Shown: positions 37,608 through 51,681, counted from the whole stretch's first letter. The stretch is DNA of 63,931 nt, filler included, from Octopus bimaculoides (GCF_001194135.2; 5 parts of 5 records of this genome joined end to end with filler, not necessarily neighbours in it); one strand, 5' to 3'. The notes: generated by a model not told the origin, from the letters alone. Numbers and translations: made by a program.

Positions 37608-38189
37608 ATTACGTGTTTAGCTCCTGATTAATGTTTGTTTAATCTTTTCATTTCTTTAATCTTGAGTTTCTGACTTTCATCTCTTCGGGAATTAGAAACA
37701 TTTCACATATTCACTGCACTAATCTCGCTAGTAATTGCAAACCATGTGTTAGTTAGTTAGCTAGCGTAATTAAGGTTCGTGATTTTTCTTTGAGTTAATT
37801 GAATTTTAATTGGTTTGTTGTTTAATTAATACTTGTGTAATGATCTTTTTTTCGCTTTATTTAATTCTAACTTTGTAGTCATTAACACATAGGTTTAGTA
37901 AACAATAGTTTCTTTATTCCTTTTATTTAATTGTAGTTTATTAAGCAGAAGTCTTATGATAATTAAAATTAAAAGAACAAATAAAATATAATTAGTATTT
38001 TTTTTTAGTATCCTTCTGGATTGTCGTTCCGTAAATTCATCCATTTTATGTTGTTGTTGGTTTCGACATATACACGTGTTACTTGTTAAGGATTTTCTTC
38101 AATCACAAGTGGAAGTACGTGGCTAAATGGTTAGCGGGGTGCTGCCCTCATGAATCGGCATGACACGAGAACGATCTCTATAACTACTA

Positions 38190-38264
<75 letters not shown>

Positions 38265-38599
38265 CTGCTACAAGTATATTAGTGAGATGTTATGTCTTTG
38301 TAATTCCAGGGTGGGAGTGTGCCTAAAATCTGGTAGCACTTCGATGTATTTGTTGTATGCAACAGATACATTGTGAAAAGCAAATCAACAGTATTATTCA
38401 TCCAAAGACAGTATCTCTTATGGACGTACTATGTTTAAAAACACAAAGATATATCCGCAGCAGACGAAAATCGTCCAGCAGTGGCAGTGGGTTTGATAGA
38501 TGTACATATCTTCTTCGTTGGGCTTTGTCAATTGCACTGCAATCGTCATGACACAGACATATAGATAAATACTATGGAACATTAGACATGAAGATATAT

Positions 38600-38841
38600 T
38601 CAGCAGACACAGTGTGACAAGACTGGCCCCTTTGAAATTCAGGTACAAGAGAAACAGGAAGAAAGAATGAGAGAAAGTTGTAGTAAAAGAGTAGAGCAGG
38701 GTTCGTCACCACTCCCTGCCGGAGCCCCGTGGAGCTTTAGGTGTTTTCCGTCAATAAACACTCACAACGCCTGGTCTGGGAATCGAAACCATGATCCTAC
38801 AACCACAAGTCGGCTGCCCCAATCACTGGGCCATTGCGCCT
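38600..38841 (-). mobile_element. tRNA-derived SINE (distinct body)
   Basis: Minus strand GAGGCGCAATGGCCCAGTGATTGGGG (A box), GGTTTCGATTCCCAGACC (B box), body AAAACACCTAAAGCTCCACG. Confidence 0.7.
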
Positions 38842-40086
38842 CTACTGACAGAGTAATCTGAATGCTAAAGGGTTAAATATCGAACCAATAAGAAATAGTT
38901 ACACACGATAAAGGGAAAAGAAAAGGAAAGAAACAAGAAAAAAACAAAATAAAACTAAACGAAAGATTCACGGAGTTCATTGCATGGATACTTTTGATCT
39001 GAGATCGGCTCAGTCAGCTCTGGCCTGAAGCTGAACAACAACAAGAACGACGACAGCACCCCAACCAACCACCACCTACCACCCACCTCCCACCACCCAC
39101 TTTCCACCACTGCCACATGATTAAGTAAAAGACACGAGAAAGCTCACCCCCCCACTAACAACTTTGTAGTATAAAATAACAAGAGAGATAATGTTACTGT
39201 CGTGCAAATCCCCTCGAGGGACGATGGACTAATAAATGAATTAGACGACACCATTCTGTCAGTCTTTCAATAATATTCACTTGTGTGTTTTCGATTTCCT
39301 TATCAATATGTATGCATGACTGTATGTGTGTATTTGCGTATGCTTGTAGGCCTGAANNNNNNNNNNNNNNNNNNNNNNNNNNNNNNNNNNNNNNNNNNNN
39401 NNNNNNNNNNNNNNNNNNNNNNNNNNNNNNNNNNNNNNNNNNNNNNNNNNNNNNNNNNNNNNNNNNNNNNNNNNNNNNNNNNNNNNNNNNNNNNNNNNNN
39501 NNNNNNNNNNNNNNNNNNNNNNNNNNNNNNNNNNNNNNNNNNNNNNNNNNNNNNNNNNNNNNNNNNNNNNNNNNNNNNNNNNNNNNNNNNNNNNNNNNNN
39601 NNNNNNNNNNNNNNNNNNNNNNNNNNNNNNNNNNNNNNNNNNNNNNNNNNNNNNNNNNNNNNNNNNNNNNNNNNNNNNNNNNNNNNNNNNNNNNNNNNNN
39701 NNNNNNNNNNNNNNNNNNNNNNNNNNNNNNNNNNNNNNNNNNNNNNNNNNNNNNNTATATATATATATATATGTGTGTGTACACATATACATACATACAT
39801 ATATATGTATATACACATATACACATCCATTTGCATGTATATGAATACGTATGTAAATATATATATATGCATTCATTTGTCCAACCCTCACACCATTCCT
39901 TCAGCCATCCCTCCATCCTTCCCTCCCCTCCGGCCCTCTCGCTGTAAATGTTAATCCCTCTAACTACCTATGTATATGTGTAGCTTCTTTCAATTTAGCT
40001 ATTTATATATGGCATCCGATTTTTCTATTTACGTACCTGTATTTCTCACTCTCTCCCTGATATCTGTCTATCCATGCATCCATCTA

Positions 40087-40144
<58 letters not shown>

Positions 40145-40630
40145 CCTCTCTTTCCATCTTCAACTCCTTTTTCTTGTTTTTCCTTTTCTTTGTTCTATTA
40201 ATTCTCTTTACTTGATTGTACATCACTTGAAGAAACAGTGTAATTGTATTTTCTTGGCAAACGGCAAGACGTTTAGTAGACAGAACACCAAATCTCTCTC
40301 GTCCTCGCCACCGCCAACGTAAAGAGACCAATCATAAAGCTGATGGAAGAATCGCCAGCTAAATATGCTTGATTGTATTAGCTGCTGTCTGTATGTAGAA
40401 AGCAGAGACCGTCCGACCTTTTTGGAACCTATCTTGGGGAATTATTCCAATTCCATTTATTCTTAGCCATACACGAAGACCCTAGACATAGACATACACA
40501 TGGAATTGGAATAATTGCATTATGTATCACTCACTCTATCACCCTCTCTGTCTGTCTGTTTGTTTCTCTATCTCTCTGTTTCTCTCTCTATCTCTCTCTG
40601 TTTCTCTCTCTCTCTCTCTCTGTTTCTCTC

Positions 40631-40691
<61 letters not shown>

Positions 40692-40772
40692 GTTTATATA
40701 TACATATATGTTTATGTATATATATGTATATACATATATATTTTTCTTTATACATATGAAGACATAAATATG

Positions 40773-40811
<39 letters not shown>

Positions 40812-40941
40812 GCATATATGCATATATACATATATGCATATATGTATAAATGTAATTACGTATGAATGTATACACATATATGTATACATCCACCCATACA
40901 TACATACATGCATGCATACATACATACGAATATATGTATAA

Positions 40942-40990
<49 letters not shown>

Positions 40991-41367
40991 ACAAACAAAG
41001 TAGCTAGTTAGAAAATGTCTATAAGAGATAAAAGTAGTAACTATACTGAGAATTAATGTTTATCGCAACATCAATATGGCCATTCCGTTGGAATGGACGT
41101 TACTACCGTTTTTAACCCCCGGAGGAGCCTTGTCCAGCTGCTTATCAAAGCAATATTCACCCGATATATATTGCAAACAGGGGAGCGAACCACTACCATC
41201 TACTAGCNNNNNNNNNNNNNNNNNNNNNNNNNNNNNNNNNNNNNNNNNNNNNNNNNNNNNNNNNNNNNNNNNNNNNNNNNNNNNNNNNNNNNNNNNNNNN
41301 NNNNNNNNNNNNNNNNNNNNNNNNNNNNNNNNNNNNNNNNNNNNNNNNNNNNNNNNNNNNGTGTATA

Positions 41368-41617
41368 TTAGATCATCCCATAAACAATGCGGTTTTTCAA
41401 TTGTATGAAGTCAAAGTGGGAAGGGGACGGGATAAACTACCTGCATCAGCTTGCTATAAAAGCAGGTAGCAATTTTACCTTGTACTTATTCTTAGTGCAA
41501 GTTTTAAAGAGTTCGATTTTAACAGTTATTTTTCCAAATCTATAATGGATGTGACAAAGAAGCATATTCGGCACATTTTGCTTTATGATTTCAATGAAGG
41601 CAACAACAGAACGGAAA
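41368..41617 (+). pseudogene. Mariner (Mos1/Hsmar-like) 5' fragment
   Basis: TA|TTAGATCATCCCATAAA terminal motif; ATG at 41545 gives MDVTKKHIRHILLYDFNEGNN, then truncated. Confidence 0.8.
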
Positions 41618-44600
41618 TAATGCTATTCTTCTAAAGAATAGCTTTATTATCTTTTCTTACGACAATCATATGCACCCCCACCGTCTTCCTTTTAACCACT
41701 TTAACGTTCTCAGAAGAACAGTCCTCATCTACGTTATTTAATTCTTGTCTCGTGAAGAAATGTTGCTCTTCATATCGTTGTAGTTGTTTAGTCTCACTTT
41801 AGCCCTGACTGAAGCGGCCGAAGATCAGAGACATTACGTCAGTATTCATCTCATCCTTAGAGAAGTCTGCAGGAATACACGATCCAATGTGTTGTTCCAA
41901 GTTTAAGACAATGGGGTATAATTTGAGGGAAATTTAGTTGTTATTTCACGCAGATCAAGCGTCCGTTTAGATGCTTCTTCATTGTTTCGGCCATATCTGT
42001 TCTAGTTGCTGGTCAGACCTCGTAAACCAATGACAACAATAAAAGCAGATCTAATATGATCGAGCAGACCTATAATTTTCCACTTTTCTTTGCGTTTATC
42101 AAGGGAGGCAGCGACTGGAATCTCGTCCTTTATCTGTGGGACTGCGCGTACATTAAAAATAGTTTAGTGACGTTAGGCTTCTTAACATTGCTAAATGCCT
42201 TGTCTTTGACAATTTAATTATATTAATTTATAAACTAAGCTTCCACCTTTATAGTTTCTAGCTAGAATTTCATTTACGACTGTATCGTCTTTGTTGCAAT
42301 TATTTTCTTTCAAGACTTTGAATGTGTTTCTACATTTATGCTTTGTGTACATTTTATATTAAAAAAAATCCTAGATGGTCCTTAACAATCATATTTAAAG
42401 TTCTCGTATCTTCTCTTTAACATCATCATAAATGGAATTTTGAAATATTTCGTTCATAGATATTTCTTTTACTTAATGTCTTACTTCAAATATAGTTTTA
42501 ATTAAGTACCCCACTCTTTCTCTTGTTCTACTGATCGACAACCACATTGATCTTTTCATATTGATCTTTTAATTAATATATCAAATAATATATTATCATC
42601 ATTTGAGACGATTGACAACTCTTACTTGTAATATCTTTCTAATTCTTTATTGCTTAGCCATTGCTATATTAATTGCACTTCACTCGTGACACTGTGGATG
42701 AAAAATAACGGACATTATTCTAAGGAAAACAACGCCAGCTAATTCAGAGAATGTCTGGTGAAGTGTCTTCTTAGTTTGATGCTCTGAATGTTAGATTTTA
42801 TTCTCTCTGTGAATGTTTCATATCTTTACATAGATAATAGGAAAGATTGTGCAACAAATTTCATTCCATGCTTTGTTGTATGTATTTTTACAAGTTTATA
42901 AATCTTAACATCTTAACAAGTTATTTGTAATTCCAGCCGTATTCTTTTCTTTTCTGAAATAATTTCTAACATTACATAACATTAAATATGTTACTTATAA
43001 TCTTCCCGGGCCTTTCAGTTTTTTTTTTTCACTTTCCATATTTGGCAAGTTTGTCGTGTATTTCTGTTTGATGGTGGATATTAATGCCCTGATGCAATGC
43101 CAGGCAGTGGCTTTCATATCCTCTGATCTTAACTGATTGGAAGTGTTATCATGTACATTGTTTTGTCTTGGTGTAAAAAAGACGGGCTACAGCAAATATT
43201 CGGTCAATATCACAGATTTGCTGGTCGGTTGTTTGATAATGTCCCTTGGTGCTGAGGTGCATCTCTGATCACGAGCAGGAGTAGTGGGGGAGCATCGTAA
43301 TCCTGTGTTGAAAAGAATTCTTTGGAGTTTGAATAATTCACCTCTGGGAGCATGAGTATTTCGTTCAACAGCCTATAATAATAGTGACAAAATTATAATA
43401 ATAATTTCTTCGTTAGGCTTAGGAATTTGCAGGCAGATTTTGTTTATATTCGTCTACATAATTTCTGAAATATTTGACTATGGTTGAGAAAAAGTAAGAT
43501 TTATTGCGAGGAAAATATATTTTCATATTCGTGTCTTGTAAAATAAAAGAAACAATCTCTAGTTGCAGATATTTTTTCCTATTCCCTTCAAATTCTCTCG
43601 ATATTGCTTGTTGATTGTTACAAAGTTTAAACGTATTGAAACACTCAATGAGAATAATTTCCATGCTTTATTTGGACTAATTATTCGAAGTATTGAGCTA
43701 TCGATAACTGAGTTGTCAGTGATTATAACGTTACTCATTCTCCTTTAGGCTTCGAACTGAAGTCTTTTCCTTTCTTTCCGTTCGTAATTGTTTTTGTATT
43801 ATATTAAATTTTCACATCGGGAGATTCAAATGTACTGCATTACCTGACGCTATGTCTGTGTTTATCACTTCGTATAAGCATAACGATGTTGATTAGAGCG
43901 ATTATGACGAGGAAAATATTATTTTCCTTCTTACAAACCGTTATTATTAAAAATAAGAAGAAAACATTCTTGAAGTATTATTATCAGCGTCCTCGCCGTT
44001 GTAGTGGTGATGGTTGTCATCGTCGCAAGCATCATCGTTGTTGAAGAGATAAACGCATTGTATGCTTTATTCTACTTCGTGACCTCGCTGATAACATAAA
44101 ATATAAAATTCATATAAAATATTAAAATCGCGTAGAAGCGACTGGAAATTGTATTGATATTACTACTAACAATATCATCACCCTCCTACTCATTCATCTC
44201 AACCTCCTTCCCTCCCATCATCTCCCCGCCCCCGCCCCCTCCTCTCATCCTCATCNNNNNNNNNNNNNNNNNNNNNNNNNNNNNNNNNNNNNNNNNNNNN
44301 NNNNNNNNNNNNNNNNNNNNNNNNNNNNNNNNNNNNNNNNNNNNNNNNNNNNNNNNNNNNNNNNNNNNNNNNNNNNNNNNNNNNNNNNNNNNNNNNNNNN
44401 NNNNNNNNNNNNNNNNNNNNNNNNNNNNNNNNNNNNNNNNNNNNNNNNNNNNNNNNNCCACCACCACCACCACCACCACCATCATTAACATTAGCGGAAC
44501 AAAGATGATGTAATCTAAACTAATGACTAGAACGTTTACAGGAGACATAGTAAAACAATGCCTACACACATATACACCCCCCCATACACACATACACCCC

Positions 44601-45123
44601 CCACACATATGATATCCTATAAGCGTTTACGGAGATAATGGATAGATGCAATGTATTTCCTAATCTTTTATTTTTACAGTGAATTTTGTGTGAAGAATAA
44701 GGGCGTTGGGGTTGCACGTGTCCAATGCCTTAGCCACTGGTTCTCAGTATTTAAGACAACATTAGTGACATGGGAGTGTCTGTATGATTTGGGTGGAACT
44801 AATATCTCCAGTGCTCTTCGTTCAATTATTTCGCTTGATCGGTTTTTTTATGCTTTGCGCGCTTATAACATGACAGACTCACAAGGACACGCACCTGCTC
44901 GCATATGTCCATGTATGGCAGCTTCTGCACATTTTCCGTCTTTAAAATTTCATTCACAGGCTACTGGATGAGGTAAGTTCACCTGAGGGTGCACATGCTT
45001 AGGGTACTCTGCTGTGGGATCGAAACAGGAGCTTTGTGGTTCAGAAGCTAGGATTCTTAACTAGACAACCATGTATTCAATTTATTAAAACAGTAAATGC
45101 TTTACAAAGCAAAATATCTAGAA

Positions 45124-46033
45124 CAATGGTTCTTGACCTTATTGGAAGTACTGAACCCCGTCACCTTCATCAGTGCATTCATCGAAGCCTTCGTAATTGG
45201 AAAAATAAAACATGATTTCTTCAAAACACTGGTATATATTTTATTGGTGCACAAAATGAACGATGCATCAGTTGCACACAAAATCACTGAGTTCAAAGAA
45301 CAAAACCAGCACAACATGAATTTCACACAAAACCATCACTCAATGAATATTTACTGCAAATAAATGTGACTCTTGCTGTTGTCTTTCAGATACATGTTCA
45401 GAAATGCACAGCTTCACCTTGGCAAGTCTCACTCACATATCATTTTCGCCACAAAGTTTGTTCCTTTTCTTAGTTTTCACGTCTACCATCCTCGAAAAGT
45501 ATTGCTCTCTAAGATACGTTGTGATAAATGGTGTAAGTAGCTCAAGTGTTTTCTCAGCAATAAGAGGGTATGGTACGATTTGGTGACACCAAAACGTTGT
45601 TGTTCTGAAAAGTTGCTGTTGAAGCTGGCTTTGCTGAAGTTCAATGATTTCGTCGAAGTATTTATCGTTCACATCTGATGTCGCAACACTAAACGTGAAC
45701 GGCTGTCTCACCCATGCAGGACATGGTCGTCTGGTGGGGAAGTTAAATTTTATATTGTTATTGTAATTTATCCTTTAATGAACTAGTTTTGGATGGAAAT
45801 TTTATTTTGTGTAACAAATTTTTACTAAGCAACTAAATATTTGTAATCTAACATGTCGAAGAAAAATTTTGTGTTGCCAAATTGCCGGCAGTCCATTTTA
45901 TGACGACCAACAAAAACGGCCCGACGTTGCTAGTGTGAACTGGGCTATACTGTATGTCTTGACCTCTGCTGAACCCGTGAGATTGACTCAACGAATTCCT
46001 GGGGTTCGATCGAACCCAGATTAAGAACCACTG
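45124..46033 (-). mobile_element. hAT (Buster/Charlie-type) internal-deletion derivative, 910 bp
   Basis: TIRs CAATGGTTCTT / AAGAACCACTG; 8-bp flanks ATCTAGAA and ATCTACAG (nTCTAGAn-like); minus-strand remnant 45363-45711 DEIIELQQSQ...FWC...PFITTYLREQYFSRMVDVKTKKRNKL...ERQQQESH. Confidence 0.9.
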
Positions 46034-46862
46034 ATCTACAGTGTATCATATTTTTTATTTCATTAGAAATTATGCTGGGTGTGTTCTGGACCTGATCGGA
46101 AAACAGACGCATCGGTTATCAAAAGATCCGATGGATTGTAATATCTTTTGTCGGTTAATCGTTTTGGTCTCTGTGTTGTTTGCACCGCGGAATACACTGG
46201 ATCGACAAATATATTTCATTGTAGAAATGCACAACGGTTTTGACTAAACTCCTCTTCAAAAGATAATCTCGATTGTTTTCTTTCCTATAAAATCAAATTC
46301 ACCTCATCGTATCAACAGAGTCTAAAAATATAGTATCTAATTACTTAGCTAATTAGCATATTTATGAGAAAGAATTCAGTGAGATATTTCACTATTCCAT
46401 GAATTATTAAAGACTTGTTTATTCTAGTCCATCTCGAAATATTTCATATACTGTGAAGAATGGCAAAGGCCGGCATTTTGATTATTAATCCGGAATTTCT
46501 AGAAGATTACTTGTTGCTATTTTCTATATGTATTCTTTTAGGGTTATATCCTTGAAGAAATTCACAAGAAATTCACATTATATGTGAATTTGCTTCAGTA
46601 TGGGCGTGTCTGTGTGAGTAAGGCAGGCCTTAGAAGTCATTCCTAGGAGCGACACTCGCAGGCATCTGTACTTCTAAGGAAGCAGAATGAAATGTTACAT
46701 CAAACTTCACCGACACAATATTGTAACACCTACTGCAAGAGGTCCCCATCATTGCTACATCTGTACAAAAGAGTGTAAGCCTACGTGAGAGTCATTAGAA
46801 TGAAGTGAGTGTTTAATTCGGTAGAGGTAGGTAAATACAAGATTGGTTACGTAAATACATAT

Positions 46863-47295
46863 AATCCTTTCTATTCTAGGCACAAGGCTTGACATTTTGG
46901 TGGGAGGGGGCAGTTGATTAGATCGACCACAGTACGCAACTGGTACTTAATATATTGACCCAGAAAGGATGAAAAGTAAAGTCGACCTCGGCGGAATTTG
47001 AACTCAGAACGTAAAGACAGACGAAATAACCGCTAAGCTTTTCACCCGGCGTGCTAACGTTTCTGCCAGCTCACATCCTTACTTATATTCTTTTCTACTC
47101 TAGGCACAAGGCTCGAAATCTTTGGGGAGGGGATCAAACGATTAGATCGACCCCAGTACGCAACTGGTACTTAATTTATCGACCCCGAAAGTGAAAGTCG
47201 ACCTTGGCGGAAATTGAACTCAGAACATAAAGACAGATGAAATACCGCTAAGCTTTTCGTCCAGCGTGCTAACGATTTTGCTAGCTCACCGCCTT
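46863..47295 (-). mobile_element. Tandem head-to-tail dimer of SINE family B
   Basis: Two full copies (about 46863-47080 and 47085-47295), both with the variant GCTAAGCTTTT. Confidence 0.9.
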
Positions 47296-47694
47296 ACCTA
47301 TATACTTATAATGATATGCCACTGTATGAGGGTGAGAAACCGCATCCAGTGATATGCAGATTTATATACTGATATGTGGTATAATACCCACAGCGTAAAC
47401 ACTCGTACATCTATACATACACGTACAGGTGTACATACAAATTTACGTCAGTAAATATTTATAGACGCACATATAAGTATGAAATATATATATTAGATAG
47501 CTGGCTAATAGATACAACCAGATGAACCCAGACAAATGTAAAAGTATGGAAAGAAACAGACGAATAAAGACATATGTAAAAGATATCAGAAAGCACTCAG
47601 CTCCGAGTGCATTGCTATTTATAGCGGAAACATTATAAACTAATAAAAATGATTACGTAACTCATATTCTTTTGTCATTTATTGACTGATATAT

Positions 47695-47734
<40 letters not shown>

Positions 47735-48624
47735 NNNNNNNNNNNNNNNNNNNNNNNNNNNNNNNNNNNNNNNNNNNNNNNNNNNNNNNNNNNNNNNNNN
47801 NNNNNNNNNNNNNNNNNNNNNNNNNNNNNNNNNNNNNNNNNNNNNNNNNNNNNNNNNNNNNNNNNNNNNNNNNNNNNNNNNNNNNNNNNNNNNNNNNNNN
47901 NNNNNNNNNNNNNNNNNNNNNNNNNNNNNNNNNNNNNNNNNNNNNNNNNNNNNNNNNNNNNNNNNNNNNNNNNNNNNNNNNNNNNNNNNNNNNNNNNNNN
48001 NNNNNNNNNNNNNNNNNNNNNNNNNNNNNNNNNNNNNNNNNNNNNNNNNNNNNNNNNNNNNNNNNNNNNNNNNNNNNNNNNNNNNNNNNNNNNNNNNNNN
48101 NNNNNNNNNNNNNNNNNNNNNNNNNNNNNNNNNNNNNNNNNNNNNNNNNNNNNNNNNNNNNNNNNNNNNNNNNNNNNNNNNNNNNNNNNNNNNNNNNNNN
48201 NNNNNNNNNNNNNNNNNNNNNNNNNNNNNNNNNNNNNNNNNNNNNNNNNNNNNNNNNNNNNNNNNNNNNNNNNNNNNNNNNNNNNNNNNNNNNNNNNNNN
48301 NNNNNNNNNNNNNNNNNNNNNNNNNNNNNNNNNNNNNNNNNNNNNNNNNNNNNNNNNNNNNNNNNNNNNNNNNNNNNNNNNNNNNNNNNNNNNNNNNNNN
48401 NNNNNNNNNNNNNNNNNNNNNNNNNNNNNNNNNNNNNNNNNNNNNNNNNNNNNNNNNNNNNNNNNNNNNNNNNNNNNNNNNNNNNNNNNNNNNNNNNNNN
48501 NNNNNNNNNNNNNNNNNNNNNNNNNNNNNNNNNNNNNNNNNNNNNNNNNNNNNNNNNNNNNNNNNNNNNNNNNNNNNNNNNNNNNNNNNNNNNNNNNNNN
48601 NNNNNNNNNNNNNNNNNNNNNNNN

Positions 48625-48671
<47 letters not shown>

Positions 48672-48734
48672 CGTGTGTGTGTGTGTATGTGTGTGTGTGT
48701 GTGTGCGTGCGTGTGTGTGTGCGTGTGTGTGCAT

Positions 48735-48899
48735 GTCATTGTGTCGGTGTTTGTCCCTCCCCACTAACCGATTCAATAAGTACCAGGCTTAAAGAAGTAA
48801 GTTTCTGGTGTCGATTCATTCGACTAAAAATTCTTCAAGATGGTGCCCCAGCATGGCCGCAGTCAGTCTAATGAGTGAAACAAATAAAAGATAAAAGAT
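48735..48899 (+). mobile_element. SINE family A 3' half after (TG)n
   Basis: AATAAGTACCAGGCTTAAAG...GGTGCCCCAGCATGGCCGCAGTC...AATAAAAGATAAAAGAT. Confidence 0.8.
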
Positions 48900-49824
48900 G
48901 CAAAAATAACTTTCTTACCTTTCTCGCGCGCGTGTAATAGTTTCAGGTAAAAGTGCACTCGTATTGTGCTGTTAAGCAGTTGTTTACTTCGCTGGAGGTT
49001 AACATCTGTTTGTTTGATTCTGGTAGTCTTTTGGATGCTGCTGACATTAAAAATTTCGGAAATATTTTCGTGAAGAAAAATCTACCTGTTTGTACGTGTG
49101 ATTGTTGTTGTTCTTGTTGACGTTCTTGTTGTTATTCTTGTTGTTGACATTCTCATTGTTTTCTTGTTTTCTCTGCTGTTATTTTGTAGGTGATGTTGTT
49201 AAAAAATGTCTCGTTTCCATTAGTGTTATTTTCTATAGAAATATCAAGATTGTTTTCTTGCAGAAACGAATTTTGCTAACCGAGACTAACCTTCAAAATT
49301 TTTACAAATAAATAATTTAAAAATTATATTGATAGGTAAACCACAGACATTTTTGTTTACTCCAAGCTAAGATGCTAACGCGACACATCTGTAATTTTGC
49401 CTACTCGAAAATAATTGCGAAACGGACACATTTCGTTCTGTTAATGTCGCAAGATTCCGCTCTGATTGAGGCGATGCAGCTTTGTCTACAACAATCACAA
49501 ATAAATAACATATTTGTTTGGTTGGAGTATTGGCGCTTGTGACTGACAAGACCAGTGTCGGATTATTATTGCAGGATACCTATTCATGTTACTCGATCAC
49601 TTACAAAGCTCTACCCGCGTTGTATATTGATATTGAGCACTTGCATATCCTTCCCACAGACGTCCTGCTAGTGTTGCACAGGACGTCTGATAAATCTCTT
49701 CCCAAATATCCTTTGGGATATAACTATCCCTCAAACGGGGTTCAGCCAGTTGAGTAAACAGAGATGTAAACAGTTACAGATCTGCTGTATCGGATACTTT
49801 TGTCTTGTCAGGATATAAGAAAAA

Positions 49825-50130
49825 CCTGGCACAGTGTCGAGCACGACGACGAGGGTTCTAGTTAATCCGACCAAAGGAACAGCCTGCTCGTGAAATTATC
49901 GTGCAAATGGCTGATCACTCCACAGCCATGCGTACCCTTAAAGTAGTTCTCAGGGAGATTCAGTGTGATAAGTCTTGTCACTTGAAATACAGGTACTACT
50001 CATTTTTGTCACCTGAGTGGACTGGAGTAACTTGAAATAAAGTGTTTTACCCAAGGACACGACGCGTCGCGGGATTTGAACTCATGGCCTTACGATCGTA
50101 AGCCGAATACCCTAATCACTTAGCCACGTG
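49825..50130 (-). mobile_element. tRNA/CORE-like SINE (family C-related), near full length
   Basis: Minus strand GTGGCTAAGTGATTAGG (A box), GAGTTCAAATCCC (B box), GTGTCCTTGGGTAAAACACTTT (CORE-like). Confidence 0.8.
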
Positions 50131-50689
50131 CTTTCCTGGCCAGGATATATTCAGGATGCGTCAGGTACTTGTCGAATGGAAGGTGTTCAATCTTCTTTTC
50201 TGCCTAGCACATATACCAATCAGTCACTCACTATCTTACGTATATGTGGTTATGACACAAGCTTAGAGTTACTTTACACTCGGGATTTGATCCATTTATC
50301 AATATCTGTGCTCAAGCGCTCCATAAGTGCGAAAAGTAGCTTCGTGGTGCGAACGGTAACCTGCTGCAAAGTTACAGAACAGCATGTATCTGATTAATAC
50401 TTTTGTCAAAGCTAAACAACGATTGACCAAAGAGCCCGGCTCCAGATCCAGTATTCAATATGGCCCAATCACTGTTGCATCACGTAACTGTTACTTTGGT
50501 AGGACGATAAAGAACTTTATTAGGATCTGCAGTTTTGCTGACAGCTGACGCTTTGGTGAGATTGATGAAAGTAGCTGAAGGGGCCCTATGCGATGCAGTT
50601 CTTTCATGCTAGCACAGGACTTCAAACAGTCTCCGAGTGCTTGATCATATGAGAAACAATCTCCTCACTACCTGGGTCCTTACCGGTTA

Positions 50690-51660
50690 ATGACCATTCC
50701 AATCCCTTTCTGCGATGACTCTGGTTCTAACTCATTTGTGGACAGCAGGTATTCAATGCTGTCTTCATCTCCAAGATGGTATGTTCTAGGCATAGCATCG
50801 AAGTGCATGGTGTCCAACAAGGTTTTCTTTTGGCAGCGTTTTCGTGTTGTGAGGCGCTTTTTTTCTCTATGAAAAGCCTCTTCACTTCATCGATCAATTC
50901 GCACCAAAGGCGATGGAAATACAAATTGAGGATACGTGTCAACAAGAGGAAGCAGTGAAAGAATGGACTGCCGGAACAAAAAAAAGAAAACGAAGGAAGA
51001 GACAATTTACCAATGACGAAGATCTCCAAACTGATTCCACCCCATCCCTACCCTGCCCCTCTCCTCCTCACCCTGTCCCCGTATGCATCGGCCTCCGCCC
51101 TGCATCGCCAAATGATGACCCTGACCGTACCCCTACAAAAAACACGAGCAAGCAGACATGAACTGAAGCCCCCCCCCCGGTCCCCACACCATGAAAAAAG
51201 TTGTATTGTAATATTCTGTAGGTCGACTAAAAAGTTGGTGAAGGAGATGGACAGAATGGACAAGGGCGTGAAGGTGTGCGATGTTGATGACTACTTAGAT
51301 AACGCAAGTGGCGTAGTTATTAGTAAAGAGCATCTTAAAGAACTAAAAAAGAAGTATGGGTCGATCATTGATGAGCGATCGATAGAAATCGACTGTGCAG
51401 TCGATCAGAAAACTATAATGTTTACACGATTACAATTAAAAAAAAAAGAAAAAAAGAGAACTTTAATGAATATAATTGTTTGCAATAAGATTCAATGAGG
51501 TTGCTCGTAGTGTAGGGTTCGAGCGACAGTCATGTCATCCTCTCATTTAATTACTTTTCATCGTTTTCATTCGTTTTTTTATTCCCCACCACTTTTATGC
51601 TTGTCAGTCTTTGTGCTGTCCCCTCTATATAAGGCCTTTATGGCCAAAATAAAATCAATT
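50690..51660 (+). other. Unassigned coding-like remnant, possibly a non-autonomous non-LTR element (ORF1-like)
   Basis: Overlapping non-microsatellite ORFs (50913-51161, 51013-51498) with KKRKRRKR, a Pro-rich linker and a charged C-terminal part; ends GGCCTTTATGGCCAAAATAAAATC. Confidence 0.3.
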
Positions 51661-51681
51661 CGTAATTTGGACGCATCATAT

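Noticed and set aside
38357-38648. Overlapping short ORFs in unique sequence
   Set aside because: No motif, no convincing paired splice sites, and the right part overlaps a SINE.
41780-43380. Segments resembling other octopus interspersed repeats (also about 8865-8920, 20333-20400, 38975-39045)
   Set aside because: Only short internal matches within the window; boundaries and class cannot be established without a library.
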